Source: Myxococcales bacterium (lineage in GTDB: Bacteria; Myxococcota_A; Polyangia; Polyangiales; Polyangiaceae). From it: a DNA stretch of 64,000 nt. The first letter of the stretch is position 1, and every line of letters begins with the position of its first letter. The notes below the pieces were generated by a model that was not told the DNA's origin, ran no database searches, and worked only from the letters and a program-made list of their open reading frames with translations. Below are positions 28,770 through 37,221 of this stretch, piece by piece. Made by a program: the position numbers and the translations under genes. The DNA is taken from NCBI GenBank assembly GCA_043747615.1, contig JAYTOU010000037.1, positions 32,001 through 96,000 on the forward strand, in the 5' to 3' direction.

Positions 28770-30065
28770 TCAAGGGAGCGGAACGGAGACGAGGTCCACT
28801 GGTAGGCTGGATCCGCCTCCGCTGCTCAAGCGAAGGGCTACTTTTCCAGCTCCGAATCGACCTGCGGCAATCGCTTGCGTCGTCGTACCCAGGGCCTCCG
28901 CTGCCGAAGGGAGCAGCGTGACGCCCATCAGTCCGTCGCTCCCCGCCGAGATCTCTGCCGCTCCTCCCCACGCGCCTCCGCGCGGTGCGATCGCAAGCGC
29001 CGTGTACGTCGTCGCGTAGAGCGAGATCCGGTAGACCAAGCCGTAGTTCCCGCCGAGCGTTACCGCCGCGTTTCCGTCGACCGCGTCGATCCCTGCGAGA
29101 TCAAGATCGGCGATGCCGTCGCCGAGGGTGAGCTTGCGCACGGTGCTCCCGTCGAACGAGGCAAGCGCGCTCACGATCCGTTCGGCGTTGGGGAAGGTGC
29201 CCCGGCTGTGCGCGCCCGTGTTGGCGAGGAGAGACAGACCGGAGGTGGTCGCCACCGTCGCTTCGGTCGACAAGAGACTCACCACCGAGACTTTCACCGG
29301 AGCATCGACGCTGAAGTCAATGATGGCGTGCACCAGATCATTTTGCTGCGCAAAGAGCGTGTCGAGCGTCGCGTCGAGGAGCACGCGGGTCATCGGCGGA
29401 ACTGTGAGCGAAGTCGCTGCCGTCGAGCGGAGCCAGCTAGAAGCCGCTGATTTACCTATGGAAACGTAGTTCGTCGATGGACCGGCGATCCCTCGTGCGC
29501 CAACGATGACATGTGCACCGGTCGTCCCTTGGTTGAAGACGACGACCGGAAACTTGCGGAGCGCCGTGCCTCCATTCGCGTGATAGACGTACACGCGAAA
29601 GCGCCCTGGGCCGACCACGTCGGCGTAGAGAACTCCGTCGGTCGAGGGGAGCTCTGGCTCGTCCGAGAAGAGCATCGTCGGCGCATCGAGCGGCGTGCAC
29701 ACGAGCGCCGGGAGACACGGAGCCGTCGACGGACCGAGCCCGCCCAAGGTGATGACGTCGCCGCGTGTAGCCGCAGCGCTCGCGTTCGTCAGAGCCAGCG
29801 ACGGCGAGACGCGCGCACCGGGACAGGAGGATCGATCGGCCACGAGGCTCGAGCCAGGAGGTACACGTCGGCCCCGCATCGACCGAACCATCGCCACGTC
29901 TCGTACCGAACGGCGCATCGACCGCCGGCCCTTCGGCATCCACGATCGAAGCGTCGAGCGCGTGGGACGCAGGCGAGGCGCTGGGATCGCTGCACGCGCC
30001 GAGGGCGAGCAGCGCCAGCCATCGGGTCAGGACAGAGCCTGCTCGGGGGAAGCGGGGAATACCAT
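28770..30065 (-). pseudogene. Hypothetical lipoprotein split by frameshift(s)
   Basis: Signal and lipobox (RWLALLALGAC) plus DAG linker in one frame; globular domain (FSDEPE..GVLY, YHAN, RGTF, GNYG) in another frame; switch near 29860; start uncertain. Confidence 0.6.
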
Positions 30066-30155
30066 TGCTGCCGCGACGCGCGTGGCGAGGTTGACGATGG
30101 TCATCGTGGGGTCGGAGCCCGACAAGGTCGGAAAGATCGCCGCGAGACCAATATC

Positions 30156-30653
30156 TTACGTTTTTCGCGCTTTGGCGATGCCGCGCTTCGAAGGTGAGGG
30201 TGCGTGGTTTCCATGGGAATGCTCGTGGGTGTGACCGTGATCGTCGCTCCCGAGATCGGTGATGAGCTCGATGCCGCCGTGCTTGACTCCGCGCGTGGCG
30301 AGGAGGCGATCGGCCACGTCTTTCAGCTCTCCGGAGCGCCCGCGCATGACGATCACCTCGAGGCATCGGTCGTTGTCGAGATGAACGTGGAGCGACGCGC
30401 GGACCTTTTCGCCGAGACCGTGCTGGATCTCCGTGAGATGCTCGCTGAGGTCACGCACGTGGTGATCGTAGACGAGAGTCACCGCAGCGACGGCTTGCGT
30501 TCCGCGTGCCACTTGCGAGCGGACCACCTCGGCGCGCACGAGATCCCGCAGGATCTCCGACCGGGTCGTCCCTCGCGCGTCGGCGATCGCATCGAGGGCG
30601 GCGAGAAGGGGCCGGTCCATGGCGACGCCAAACCTCGCGAGCGGGTCTCTCAT
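30156..30653 (-). CDS. nikR: Nickel-responsive transcriptional regulator NikR
   Basis: RHH (RFGVAMD..RSEILRDLVR), LVYDHH, QH, HVHLDNDRCLEVI, GVKHG; His-rich tail. Confidence 0.93.
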   Translation of the reverse strand: MRDPLARFGVAMDRPLLAALDAIADARGTTRSEILRDLVRAEVVRSQVARGTQAVAAVTLVYDHHVRDLSEHLTEIQHGLGEKVRASLHVHLDNDRCLEVIVMRGRSGELKDVADRLLATRGVKHGGIELITDLGSDDHGHTHEHSHGNHAPSPSKRGIAKARKT

Positions 30654-30696
30654 TCTTCAACTCTACGCGGGTCGAGCGAGAAAAAAAGCCTGCGTC

Positions 30697-30724
30697 GTGG
30701 CATGTTTTCGACGTTTCGTGCTAT
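30697..30724. promoter_or_regulatory. Candidate NikR operator (imperfect inverted repeat, 7-14-7)
   Basis: GTGGCAT-N14-GTGCTAT in the nikR/tonB divergent intergenic region; 28-bp span equals the E. coli NikR operator length, but the symmetry is weak. Confidence 0.3.
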
Positions 30725-30801
30725 TCATGGCTGATAATCGGCAGATCCGCGGGGCGGAGCCAATCGTAGTACGTAGAGACTTCCCGGAGCGTGCGACAGA
30801 G

Positions 30802-31542
30802 ATGTTCAAGGTTCCCCTGATTGCATCTGCCATCGTTCACGCGACCATCGTCGCCGTGGCGGTCGTCGGTGGTCATGGACCGAGCAGCTCCGCACCGAGC
30901 CCGAGTGTAGAGATTTCCCTCGAGACGCTTGCGTCTCAGCCGGCTCAGGCAGCCGTTCAGGTAGAAGAGGCACCCCCGGTCAACGTCGCGGCTCAGGTGC
31001 CGGCTCACGTCCACTCGCATATCCACGACTATCCCGTTCCGGTCGATCACGATCGCCCGCACGATCCATCGCTCGTTCACGAGCATACTCACGACCATGC
31101 CGACGAGCAGCCGAGCGCGAGCGAAGCGAGTGCCATCGCCGTCGCGGCTCCGGTGGCAGCGCCCGTCTTCAACATGGTGATAGGTCCAGCGATCGCGGCG
31201 CACGGTGGGCTCACGGCAGCGCACCCGACGCCGGCGATGAGCCCCCTCGCCGAGCCCATGTCGGAAGGTTCGGTCAACGTCGCGGCGCGTCTGCTCACGA
31301 GCGCCCCTCCGGTGTACCCGCCGGCGGCAAGGGCCGCCGAAGTCGAAGCCGACGTCGTCGTCGACCTCGTTCTCGATGAATCGGGTCGCGTCTCCGAGGC
31401 GAAGATCCTTCGCGCGGCGGGCTTCGACCTCGACAAGTCCGCCCTCGAGGCGATCCGCGGTTACCGATTTTCCCCCGCGCAAAAAGACGGGCGCCCGGTT
31501 CGCGTGCGCATGCACTGGACCGTCCAGTTCCGATTGCGCTAA
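30802..31542 (+). CDS. tonB: Energy transducer TonB with His-rich linker
   Basis: N-terminal TM with SxxxH (SAIVH), YPPAARAAEVE, LDKSALEAIRGYRFSPA.KDGRPV, terminal FRL. Confidence 0.85.
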   Translation: MFKVPLIASAIVHATIVAVAVVGGHGPSSSAPSPSVEISLETLASQPAQAAVQVEEAPPVNVAAQVPAHVHSHIHDYPVPVDHDRPHDPSLVHEHTHDHADEQPSASEASAIAVAAPVAAPVFNMVIGPAIAAHGGLTAAHPTPAMSPLAEPMSEGSVNVAARLLTSAPPVYPPAARAAEVEADVVVDLVLDESGRVSEAKILRAAGFDLDKSALEAIRGYRFSPAQKDGRPVRVRMHWTVQFRLR

Positions 31543-31555
31543 TCCGTTACGTCGA

Positions 31556-33364
31556 ATGGGCTACGAATCGCTTCGCGATTGCATCGACGATCTGGAGCGC
31601 GGGCGGCAGATCGTTCGCATTCCCCAGGAGGTAGACGCCAACCTCGAAGCGGCGGAGATCCACCGCCGCGTCTTTGAGGCGGGTGGCCCGGCCGTCTTCT
31701 ACGAGCGGGTGCGGCAGTGCGCCTTTCCGATGGTCAGCAATCTCTTCGGGACGATGGATCGCGCGCGGTTCATTTTCCGCGACGCGCTCGGCGACGTACG
31801 TTCTCTCGTTCGAACGAAGGTGGATCCGGCGAGTCTGATCACGGAGGCCACACGTGCGCTCGGATTACCGAGAGCAGCGCTTCATCTCCTGCCGCGCATG
31901 GTCTCGCGCGGACCGGTCTTCGACCACACCATACGAGTGAGCGAGCTCCCGCAGTTGAAATCGTGGCCCGACGACGGCGGCGCGTTCATCACGCTCCCCC
32001 AAGTGTATTCCGAGGATCCCAACAAGCCCGGCGTGCGCGGCTCCAACCTCGGCATGTACCGCGTGCAGCTGTCGGGCGGCGACTATGCGCACGACGAAGT
32101 GGGCCTTCACTACCAGCTCCATCGCGGGATCGGCGTGCATCACGCAGCGGCGATTGCGCGTGGCGAGCCTCTCCGCGTGAACGTCTTCGTGGGCGGCCCA
32201 CCGGCGATGAATCTCGCCGCGGTGATGCCGCTCCCCGAGGGGCTTCCGGAGATCGCATTTGCCGGCGCTCTCAACCGCAGACGCATTCGCATGATCCCCA
32301 CCAAAGGTGGAATCGCCGTCCATGCCGACGCCGATTTTTGCATCCGCGGAGAGATCATCGAAGGGGAGACACGGCGCGAGGGCCCCTTCGGCGATCACCT
32401 CGGTTACTACGCGAAAGCCCATGAATTTCCGGTCCTCCGCGTTTCGAGCGTTCAACACCGGACAGGCGCCATCTGGCCGTTCACCACCGTCGGTCGCCCG
32501 CCGCAGGAGGACTCGATCTTCGGCGAGCTCATTCACGAGCTCACCGGTCCCCTCGTTCCGACCGTGCTGCCAGGCGTGCGCGCGGTGCACGCGGTCGACG
32601 CTGCGGGCGTGCACCCTCTCCTTCTCGCGATCGGCAGCGAGCGGTACGTCCCTTACGCCGCGACCCGGCGGCCAATGGAGGTCCTCTCCCAGGCCAACGC
32701 CATCCTCGGGCAAGGTCAGATGTCGCTCGCCAAGTACCTCTTCATCGCGGCCCACGAAGACAATCCCGCGCTCGACATCCACGACGTCAGCGCCTTCCTC
32801 AGGCACGTGCTCGAGCGTTTCGATCCTTCAAGTGATCTTCATTTCCAAACGAACACCACGATGGACACCCTCGACTATTCGGGAACGGGACTCAACCAAG
32901 GCTCCAAGGTGGTGATCGCCGGCGTAGGAGCAAAGAAGCGCGATTTGCCCCGCGAGATCAGCGGCGAGCTCCGCCTCCCGGATGGCTTTCGGAAGCCGCG
33001 GGTGTGCCTTCCGGGCGTCCTTGCGATCGAGGGGCGCGGCGACACGGAGCATTTCTGTGCAGCGTTCCGCCCGGGTGATGCGCTCTCGGACTTTGCATTG
33101 GTCGTCCTCGTGGACGACAGCGATTTTACCGCGCGAAGCCTGGCCAATTTTCTTTGGGTGACGTTCACGCGCTCGAACCCCGCGGTCGACATTCAGGGTG
33201 TGGGAGCTTTCACCGCTCACAAAGCCTGGGGCTGCCGCGGATCGGTGGTGATCGACGCTCGGGTGAAACCCCACCACGCTCCGGCGCTCATCGCCGATCC
33301 GGCGGTCACGGCGCGTGTGGAAAAGCTCGCGGCGCCCGGCGGTCCCTTGCACGGAATCTTCTGA
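31556..33364 (+). CDS. UbiD-family prFMN-dependent decarboxylase
   Basis: SNLFGT, WPDDGGAFITLP, NLGMYRVQ, EGPFGDHLGYY, GRPPQED, DTLDYSG. Confidence 0.92.
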   Translation: MGYESLRDCIDDLERGRQIVRIPQEVDANLEAAEIHRRVFEAGGPAVFYERVRQCAFPMVSNLFGTMDRARFIFRDALGDVRSLVRTKVDPASLITEATRALGLPRAALHLLPRMVSRGPVFDHTIRVSELPQLKSWPDDGGAFITLPQVYSEDPNKPGVRGSNLGMYRVQLSGGDYAHDEVGLHYQLHRGIGVHHAAAIARGEPLRVNVFVGGPPAMNLAAVMPLPEGLPEIAFAGALNRRRIRMIPTKGGIAVHADADFCIRGEIIEGETRREGPFGDHLGYYAKAHEFPVLRVSSVQHRTGAIWPFTTVGRPPQEDSIFGELIHELTGPLVPTVLPGVRAVHAVDAAGVHPLLLAIGSERYVPYAATRRPMEVLSQANAILGQGQMSLAKYLFIAAHEDNPALDIHDVSAFLRHVLERFDPSSDLHFQTNTTMDTLDYSGTGLNQGSKVVIAGVGAKKRDLPREISGELRLPDGFRKPRVCLPGVLAIEGRGDTEHFCAAFRPGDALSDFALVVLVDDSDFTARSLANFLWVTFTRSNPAVDIQGVGAFTAHKAWGCRGSVVIDARVKPHHAPALIADPAVTARVEKLAAPGGPLHGIF

Positions 33365-33381
33365 CAGCTACTTTCTCCGTC

Positions 33382-34470
33382 ATGTCTCGAAACCATGCGG
33401 CCCTCGCGTGCACAGTCTTGGCCTGCGCGTCAGCGCTTCTCGGGTGCGGAACGAAGAGCGAAGTCGCGTCCGCCGATGCGAGCGTGCCGGAGACGAGCGC
33501 GGACACGGCCGTGGCCTGCACGACCGATCTCATGCACGACCCGAAAAACTGCGGAAGCTGCGCCCACGACTGCCTCGGCGGCATCTGCAACCTCGGAGCG
33601 TGTGACCCCGCCGTCGTCGCCGGCAACCTCGACCTCCCGAGCGCGATGGTCCTCGACGGAACGTACTTGTACTTTGCATATGCCGGTCACGTCGCGCGCG
33701 TTCTCGCGGCGGGCGGAGCGGTCGAAGATCTTTCGACCCAAGCCTTCACTGCCCAGAAGCTCTCCGTCGACGCGACCGCCGTCTACGTGATGACCGGAAG
33801 CCGAGTGATCCGCTTTCCGAAAACCGGAGACGTGAGCGGAGCCGCGACACAAGAGCTCGCTCTGGCGGTTGGTAGTGCGCTCACCACCGACGTCTCGAGT
33901 ATTTTCTTCCAGGTGCCGGCAGGCTTGGCCGCGGCCCCGAAGAAGGGAGCCGGCGACGGCGGCGTAGGCGACGGTGGGGCTGGGGTGCTCCTCGCCGCGC
34001 TCGGCTCCGACACGATCGACGACATCGCGGTCGACGACAGCTTCGCGTTTGTCTCCCTTCCCGGCCCCGGCACGGTCCTCAAGGTCGCGAAGACGGGAGC
34101 GGTCGGAGACGCGGGGGCGGGCGTTCTCGCAACCGGCGAAGCGACTCCCAGCAGCGTAGCGCTCGATGCTACCTATGTGTACTTTACAAACAACATGGGC
34201 GGCGCGGTGCGGCGGGTCCCCAAGGCAGGGGGGCCGGTCACCGATTTCCTAACCGGGCTGGGGCGGCCGCTCGGCCTCGCCGTCGACGCGTCGCGCCTCT
34301 ATTACACCGACGAGGTGAAGGGCACGGTTGGCTCTTGCCCGCTCAGCGGCTGTGCCATGGGCAAGCAGACCCACGCCATGGGAATGCGCCCGGTCGCGGT
34401 AGCCGCCGACGCCGTCGCCATCTACTTCCTCGACTTCGGAGCCCGCGCCCTCATGCGGGTCGCGCGCTGA
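33382..34470 (+). CDS. Lipoprotein with Cys-rich module and beta-propeller repeats
   Basis: Lipobox LLGC; DPKNCGSCAHDCLGGIC; repeated A(V/L)DxxxVY(F/W)..V.(R/K)V.K.G blades. Confidence 0.8.
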   Translation: MSRNHAALACTVLACASALLGCGTKSEVASADASVPETSADTAVACTTDLMHDPKNCGSCAHDCLGGICNLGACDPAVVAGNLDLPSAMVLDGTYLYFAYAGHVARVLAAGGAVEDLSTQAFTAQKLSVDATAVYVMTGSRVIRFPKTGDVSGAATQELALAVGSALTTDVSSIFFQVPAGLAAAPKKGAGDGGVGDGGAGVLLAALGSDTIDDIAVDDSFAFVSLPGPGTVLKVAKTGAVGDAGAGVLATGEATPSSVALDATYVYFTNNMGGAVRRVPKAGGPVTDFLTGLGRPLGLAVDASRLYYTDEVKGTVGSCPLSGCAMGKQTHAMGMRPVAVAADAVAIYFLDFGARALMRVAR

Positions 34471-34511
34471 CGTAGCGCAACGCGAGCCCGGAAGGGCGCA
34501 TCGGAACTTGC

Positions 34512-34676
34512 ATGCGCTACCTAGCTCTCGCAGCCGTCATTGGGTTCTCGTCGCTGTCTGGCCTCGCCTGCCACCACACGGGGCAAGGCATCAAAGCGGA
34601 CGTCAAACACGACGTGCAGAAGACCGGCCAAGGGGTCGAGCGCGTCGGCGAAAAGATCGAAGGAAAAGGCAAGTAG
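34512..34676 (+). CDS. 54-aa small lipoprotein, entericidin-like (absent from ORF track)
   Basis: MRYLALAAVIGFSSLSGLAC|HHTGQGIKADVKHDVQKTGQGVERVGEKIEGKGK; fills the intergenic gap. Confidence 0.75.
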   Translation: MRYLALAAVIGFSSLSGLACHHTGQGIKADVKHDVQKTGQGVERVGEKIEGKGK

Positions 34677-34680
34677 TCGC

Positions 34681-36129
34681 TCAGGCGGCGGCTTCTTTTT
34701 CTCCGGCGTCCCCCGACGTTTTGCCCGCAGGCAAATTCGCAGTGCGCTCAGCGTACGTTCGCCCGAGGAACCAAACGATCGCCAGCCAGGTAAGAACGAG
34801 CGCCACGTTGAATACGGCGAAGGTCTTTGTTCCAAACGCGAACACCGCGCCGAGAGCGACTAGCCCCGTCGAGAGCACGTCGCCGCCGCGCACGAGAAGC
34901 GTGTCGATCGCGGCCTTGGCCTTGTACTTCGCGTCGCGCGACGTAGGGAGCCACAGGGCCTGGCGCGTCGTGTTCTGAAGCGAATAGTCCATGCTGTTCT
35001 CGGCGATCTTTGCGACGAAAATCAGCGACAGAATGGGCGCGACGGACATCGTGCTGTAGCCGACGAGCGAGATGGCGGGCATCACGAAGAGCGCCCCGCG
35101 GATCCCGATGTACTTGATGACGCGGGAAACGACGAAGAGCTGCATGACGACGCCGATCACGTTCACGTACGCAAAGTAGTTCCCCTTGAACGTGCCGATG
35201 AACCGCGAGGGATCGTCGCCAGACACGGCGACGGCGGCGACGAGGGTGCGATCGAGGACGTATTCCCCCGTGGAGTTGACGCAATTAAGGACGAGGGTGA
35301 GCGCTCCAATGAGGAGGAGGTACTTGTCCTTGAGAATGAGCGCAAACGCGTTTTCTTTGCCGAGAGGCTGCTCCGTCTTGGGGGCGGGCGCGCCTTCGTC
35401 ACTCGTGCCCGACGCGACGTCGCGCTTGTTGACGATCCAGGTGAGCCCGAGGTTGAGCACCAGGATTGCCGCCGCGACCAGCATCAACGTGTAGGCCGCC
35501 GTCAGCCCCTCGCTCGACCCTTTCTTCGCGCCTTCGGGAATGAGCACCGCGAAGAGCCAGCTCGCGAGCTTGGCGCCGACCGCAGCCCCGATCACGGCGC
35601 CGATCCCGAGGATGGCAAAGAGACGTTTGCCTTGCTCCGGCGTGTAGATGTCGGCAGCGAAGCCCCAGAACTGCGCGATCGTGCTGACGTTGAAGATCCC
35701 GACCCAGAGGAAAAACGCGATGCCGAGCCGCCCCAGGGCGAGCTCTCCGGTGAGGGTATGGGCGAGAAGATAGAAAATGACGAGGTTCGACGCGAAGAAG
35801 AGGGTGACGATCGAAATAAGCTTCACGCGGCCGACACGCTGCGCGACGAATCCATAGAGCGGAACCCACGCGAGAAGGAGGATCGACATGCCTCCGGAGG
35901 CGTACGATTTCACCTCCGCGGCGCCGGGACCCCCCGCAAGAATGAGCGGCTCGCGCGCGGTCTTGAGAAGGTAATAGGCGAGGAGGAGCAAGAAAATGTT
36001 GAGCGTCAGAAGGAGCGCCGTCGTGCCTTCGCCGGCCTTCACCTCGGCAAAAATCTTGAGGGCGCGTTCAACGAGAGTCAGCGACGCAGGCGCGGCGCGA
36101 GGGGGCTGGCTTTCAGTGGCAGTGCTCAT
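34681..36129 (-). CDS. NTT/TLC-family nucleotide (ATP/ADP) translocase-like carrier
   Basis: AYYLLKTAREPLIL, FFLWVGIF, QFWGFAADIY.PEQGKRLF, KIAENSMDYSL, KYKAKAAIDT..RGGD. Confidence 0.88.
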   Translation of the reverse strand: MSTATESQPPRAAPASLTLVERALKIFAEVKAGEGTTALLLTLNIFLLLLAYYLLKTAREPLILAGGPGAAEVKSYASGGMSILLLAWVPLYGFVAQRVGRVKLISIVTLFFASNLVIFYLLAHTLTGELALGRLGIAFFLWVGIFNVSTIAQFWGFAADIYTPEQGKRLFAILGIGAVIGAAVGAKLASWLFAVLIPEGAKKGSSEGLTAAYTLMLVAAAILVLNLGLTWIVNKRDVASGTSDEGAPAPKTEQPLGKENAFALILKDKYLLLIGALTLVLNCVNSTGEYVLDRTLVAAVAVSGDDPSRFIGTFKGNYFAYVNVIGVVMQLFVVSRVIKYIGIRGALFVMPAISLVGYSTMSVAPILSLIFVAKIAENSMDYSLQNTTRQALWLPTSRDAKYKAKAAIDTLLVRGGDVLSTGLVALGAVFAFGTKTFAVFNVALVLTWLAIVWFLGRTYAERTANLPAGKTSGDAGEKEAAA

Positions 36130-36198
36130 CGGCGTTGGATGCTACCGTCATTCCGCTCCGACATGTTTGTCGAACCGGTACACGCCTTTCATAAACAG

Positions 36199-37221
36199 AT
36201 GCGCATGACGTCCTTCGCCTTCGCTCTCGCAGCGCACCTGATTGTCGGGTGTGGAGCGCAGAGGAATGCGGACAAAGCTCATCCGCTGAGCACCGACACT
36301 CAGGTCACGCTATTGACCGCTGTCGATCTTCCCTTCGACGATGCCCGCACGCGCGAGCTGTCGGGAATCGCTTGGGACGCGCAGCGCCACATCCTCTACG
36401 CGGTATCGGACACCGTTCCCATCGTGGTGCCGCTGACACCGAGCGCTGATTTCAGCTCGTGGACGCTCGGCGAGCCATTCACTGTCGACGTGCCCGATTC
36501 GTGGGACGGCGAGGGCCTCGTCCTCAGCGGCGATTCATTCTTGATCGCCAACGAGCGCGGTCCGTTCATCTACCAGATCGATCGCGCCGGCAAGCTGAGC
36601 TCGAAAGTCGAGCTGCCGGAGCACTTCAAAACTGCGATCTACAACCGCTCCCTCGAGTCGCTCTCGCTCACCCCGGACGGGCGATACCTCTTTACGGCCA
36701 ACGAGAGCACGCTGACCAACGACGGGCAGCAGCCAACGACGTCCAGCGGTGCGACGATTCGCATCTATCGGCGTGAGCTCGCCACCGGCGCCCAGCATGA
36801 GTTTGCATATCGCACGGATCCGCTCTTCGCCGCCGGCGCCAAGGGCGGCGACATGGGCGTCTCCGACATGCTCGCTATATCTGCGACCGACGTCCTGGTG
36901 ATGGAGCGATCGTACGTCGCAGGCGTGGGCAACTGGGTGCGCATTTACCGTGCGCAGCTCGACGGAAAAGACGTGCTCCACGTTCCGGCGCTCACGCTGG
37001 AAACGCCAGTCGCCAAGAAGCAGCTCTTCGTCGATTTCGCGACGATCCCCGAGGCGGGGATGGCAGGGCAAGGGGGGAAGGTGCTTCCGAACTACGAAGG
37101 TCTTTCGTTCGGGCCGCGGCTGCCTGACGGCCGGCGGATCATTTTCGTCGTCAGCGACAACAACGCGAACCCCGAGCTCGTGGCGCGCATTCTCGTCCTC
37201 GCGGTCAAGGGGATCCCTTAG
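36199..37221 (+). CDS. Phytase-like esterase family exported protein (probable lipoprotein)
   Basis: IVGC lipobox; ELSGI..AVSD, DGEGL, NE, NRSLESL, GVSD, VMER, NYEGL, VSDNN. Confidence 0.85.
   Translation: MRMTSFAFALAAHLIVGCGAQRNADKAHPLSTDTQVTLLTAVDLPFDDARTRELSGIAWDAQRHILYAVSDTVPIVVPLTPSADFSSWTLGEPFTVDVPDSWDGEGLVLSGDSFLIANERGPFIYQIDRAGKLSSKVELPEHFKTAIYNRSLESLSLTPDGRYLFTANESTLTNDGQQPTTSSGATIRIYRRELATGAQHEFAYRTDPLFAAGAKGGDMGVSDMLAISATDVLVMERSYVAGVGNWVRIYRAQLDGKDVLHVPALTLETPVAKKQLFVDFATIPEAGMAGQGGKVLPNYEGLSFGPRLPDGRRIIFVVSDNNANPELVARILVLAVKGIP

Noticed and set aside
31556..33364. Assigning ubiD/mqnL or linking this gene to menF/menB
   Set aside because: Substrate cannot be determined from motifs, there is no ubiX neighbour, and it lies about 29 kb from the men genes
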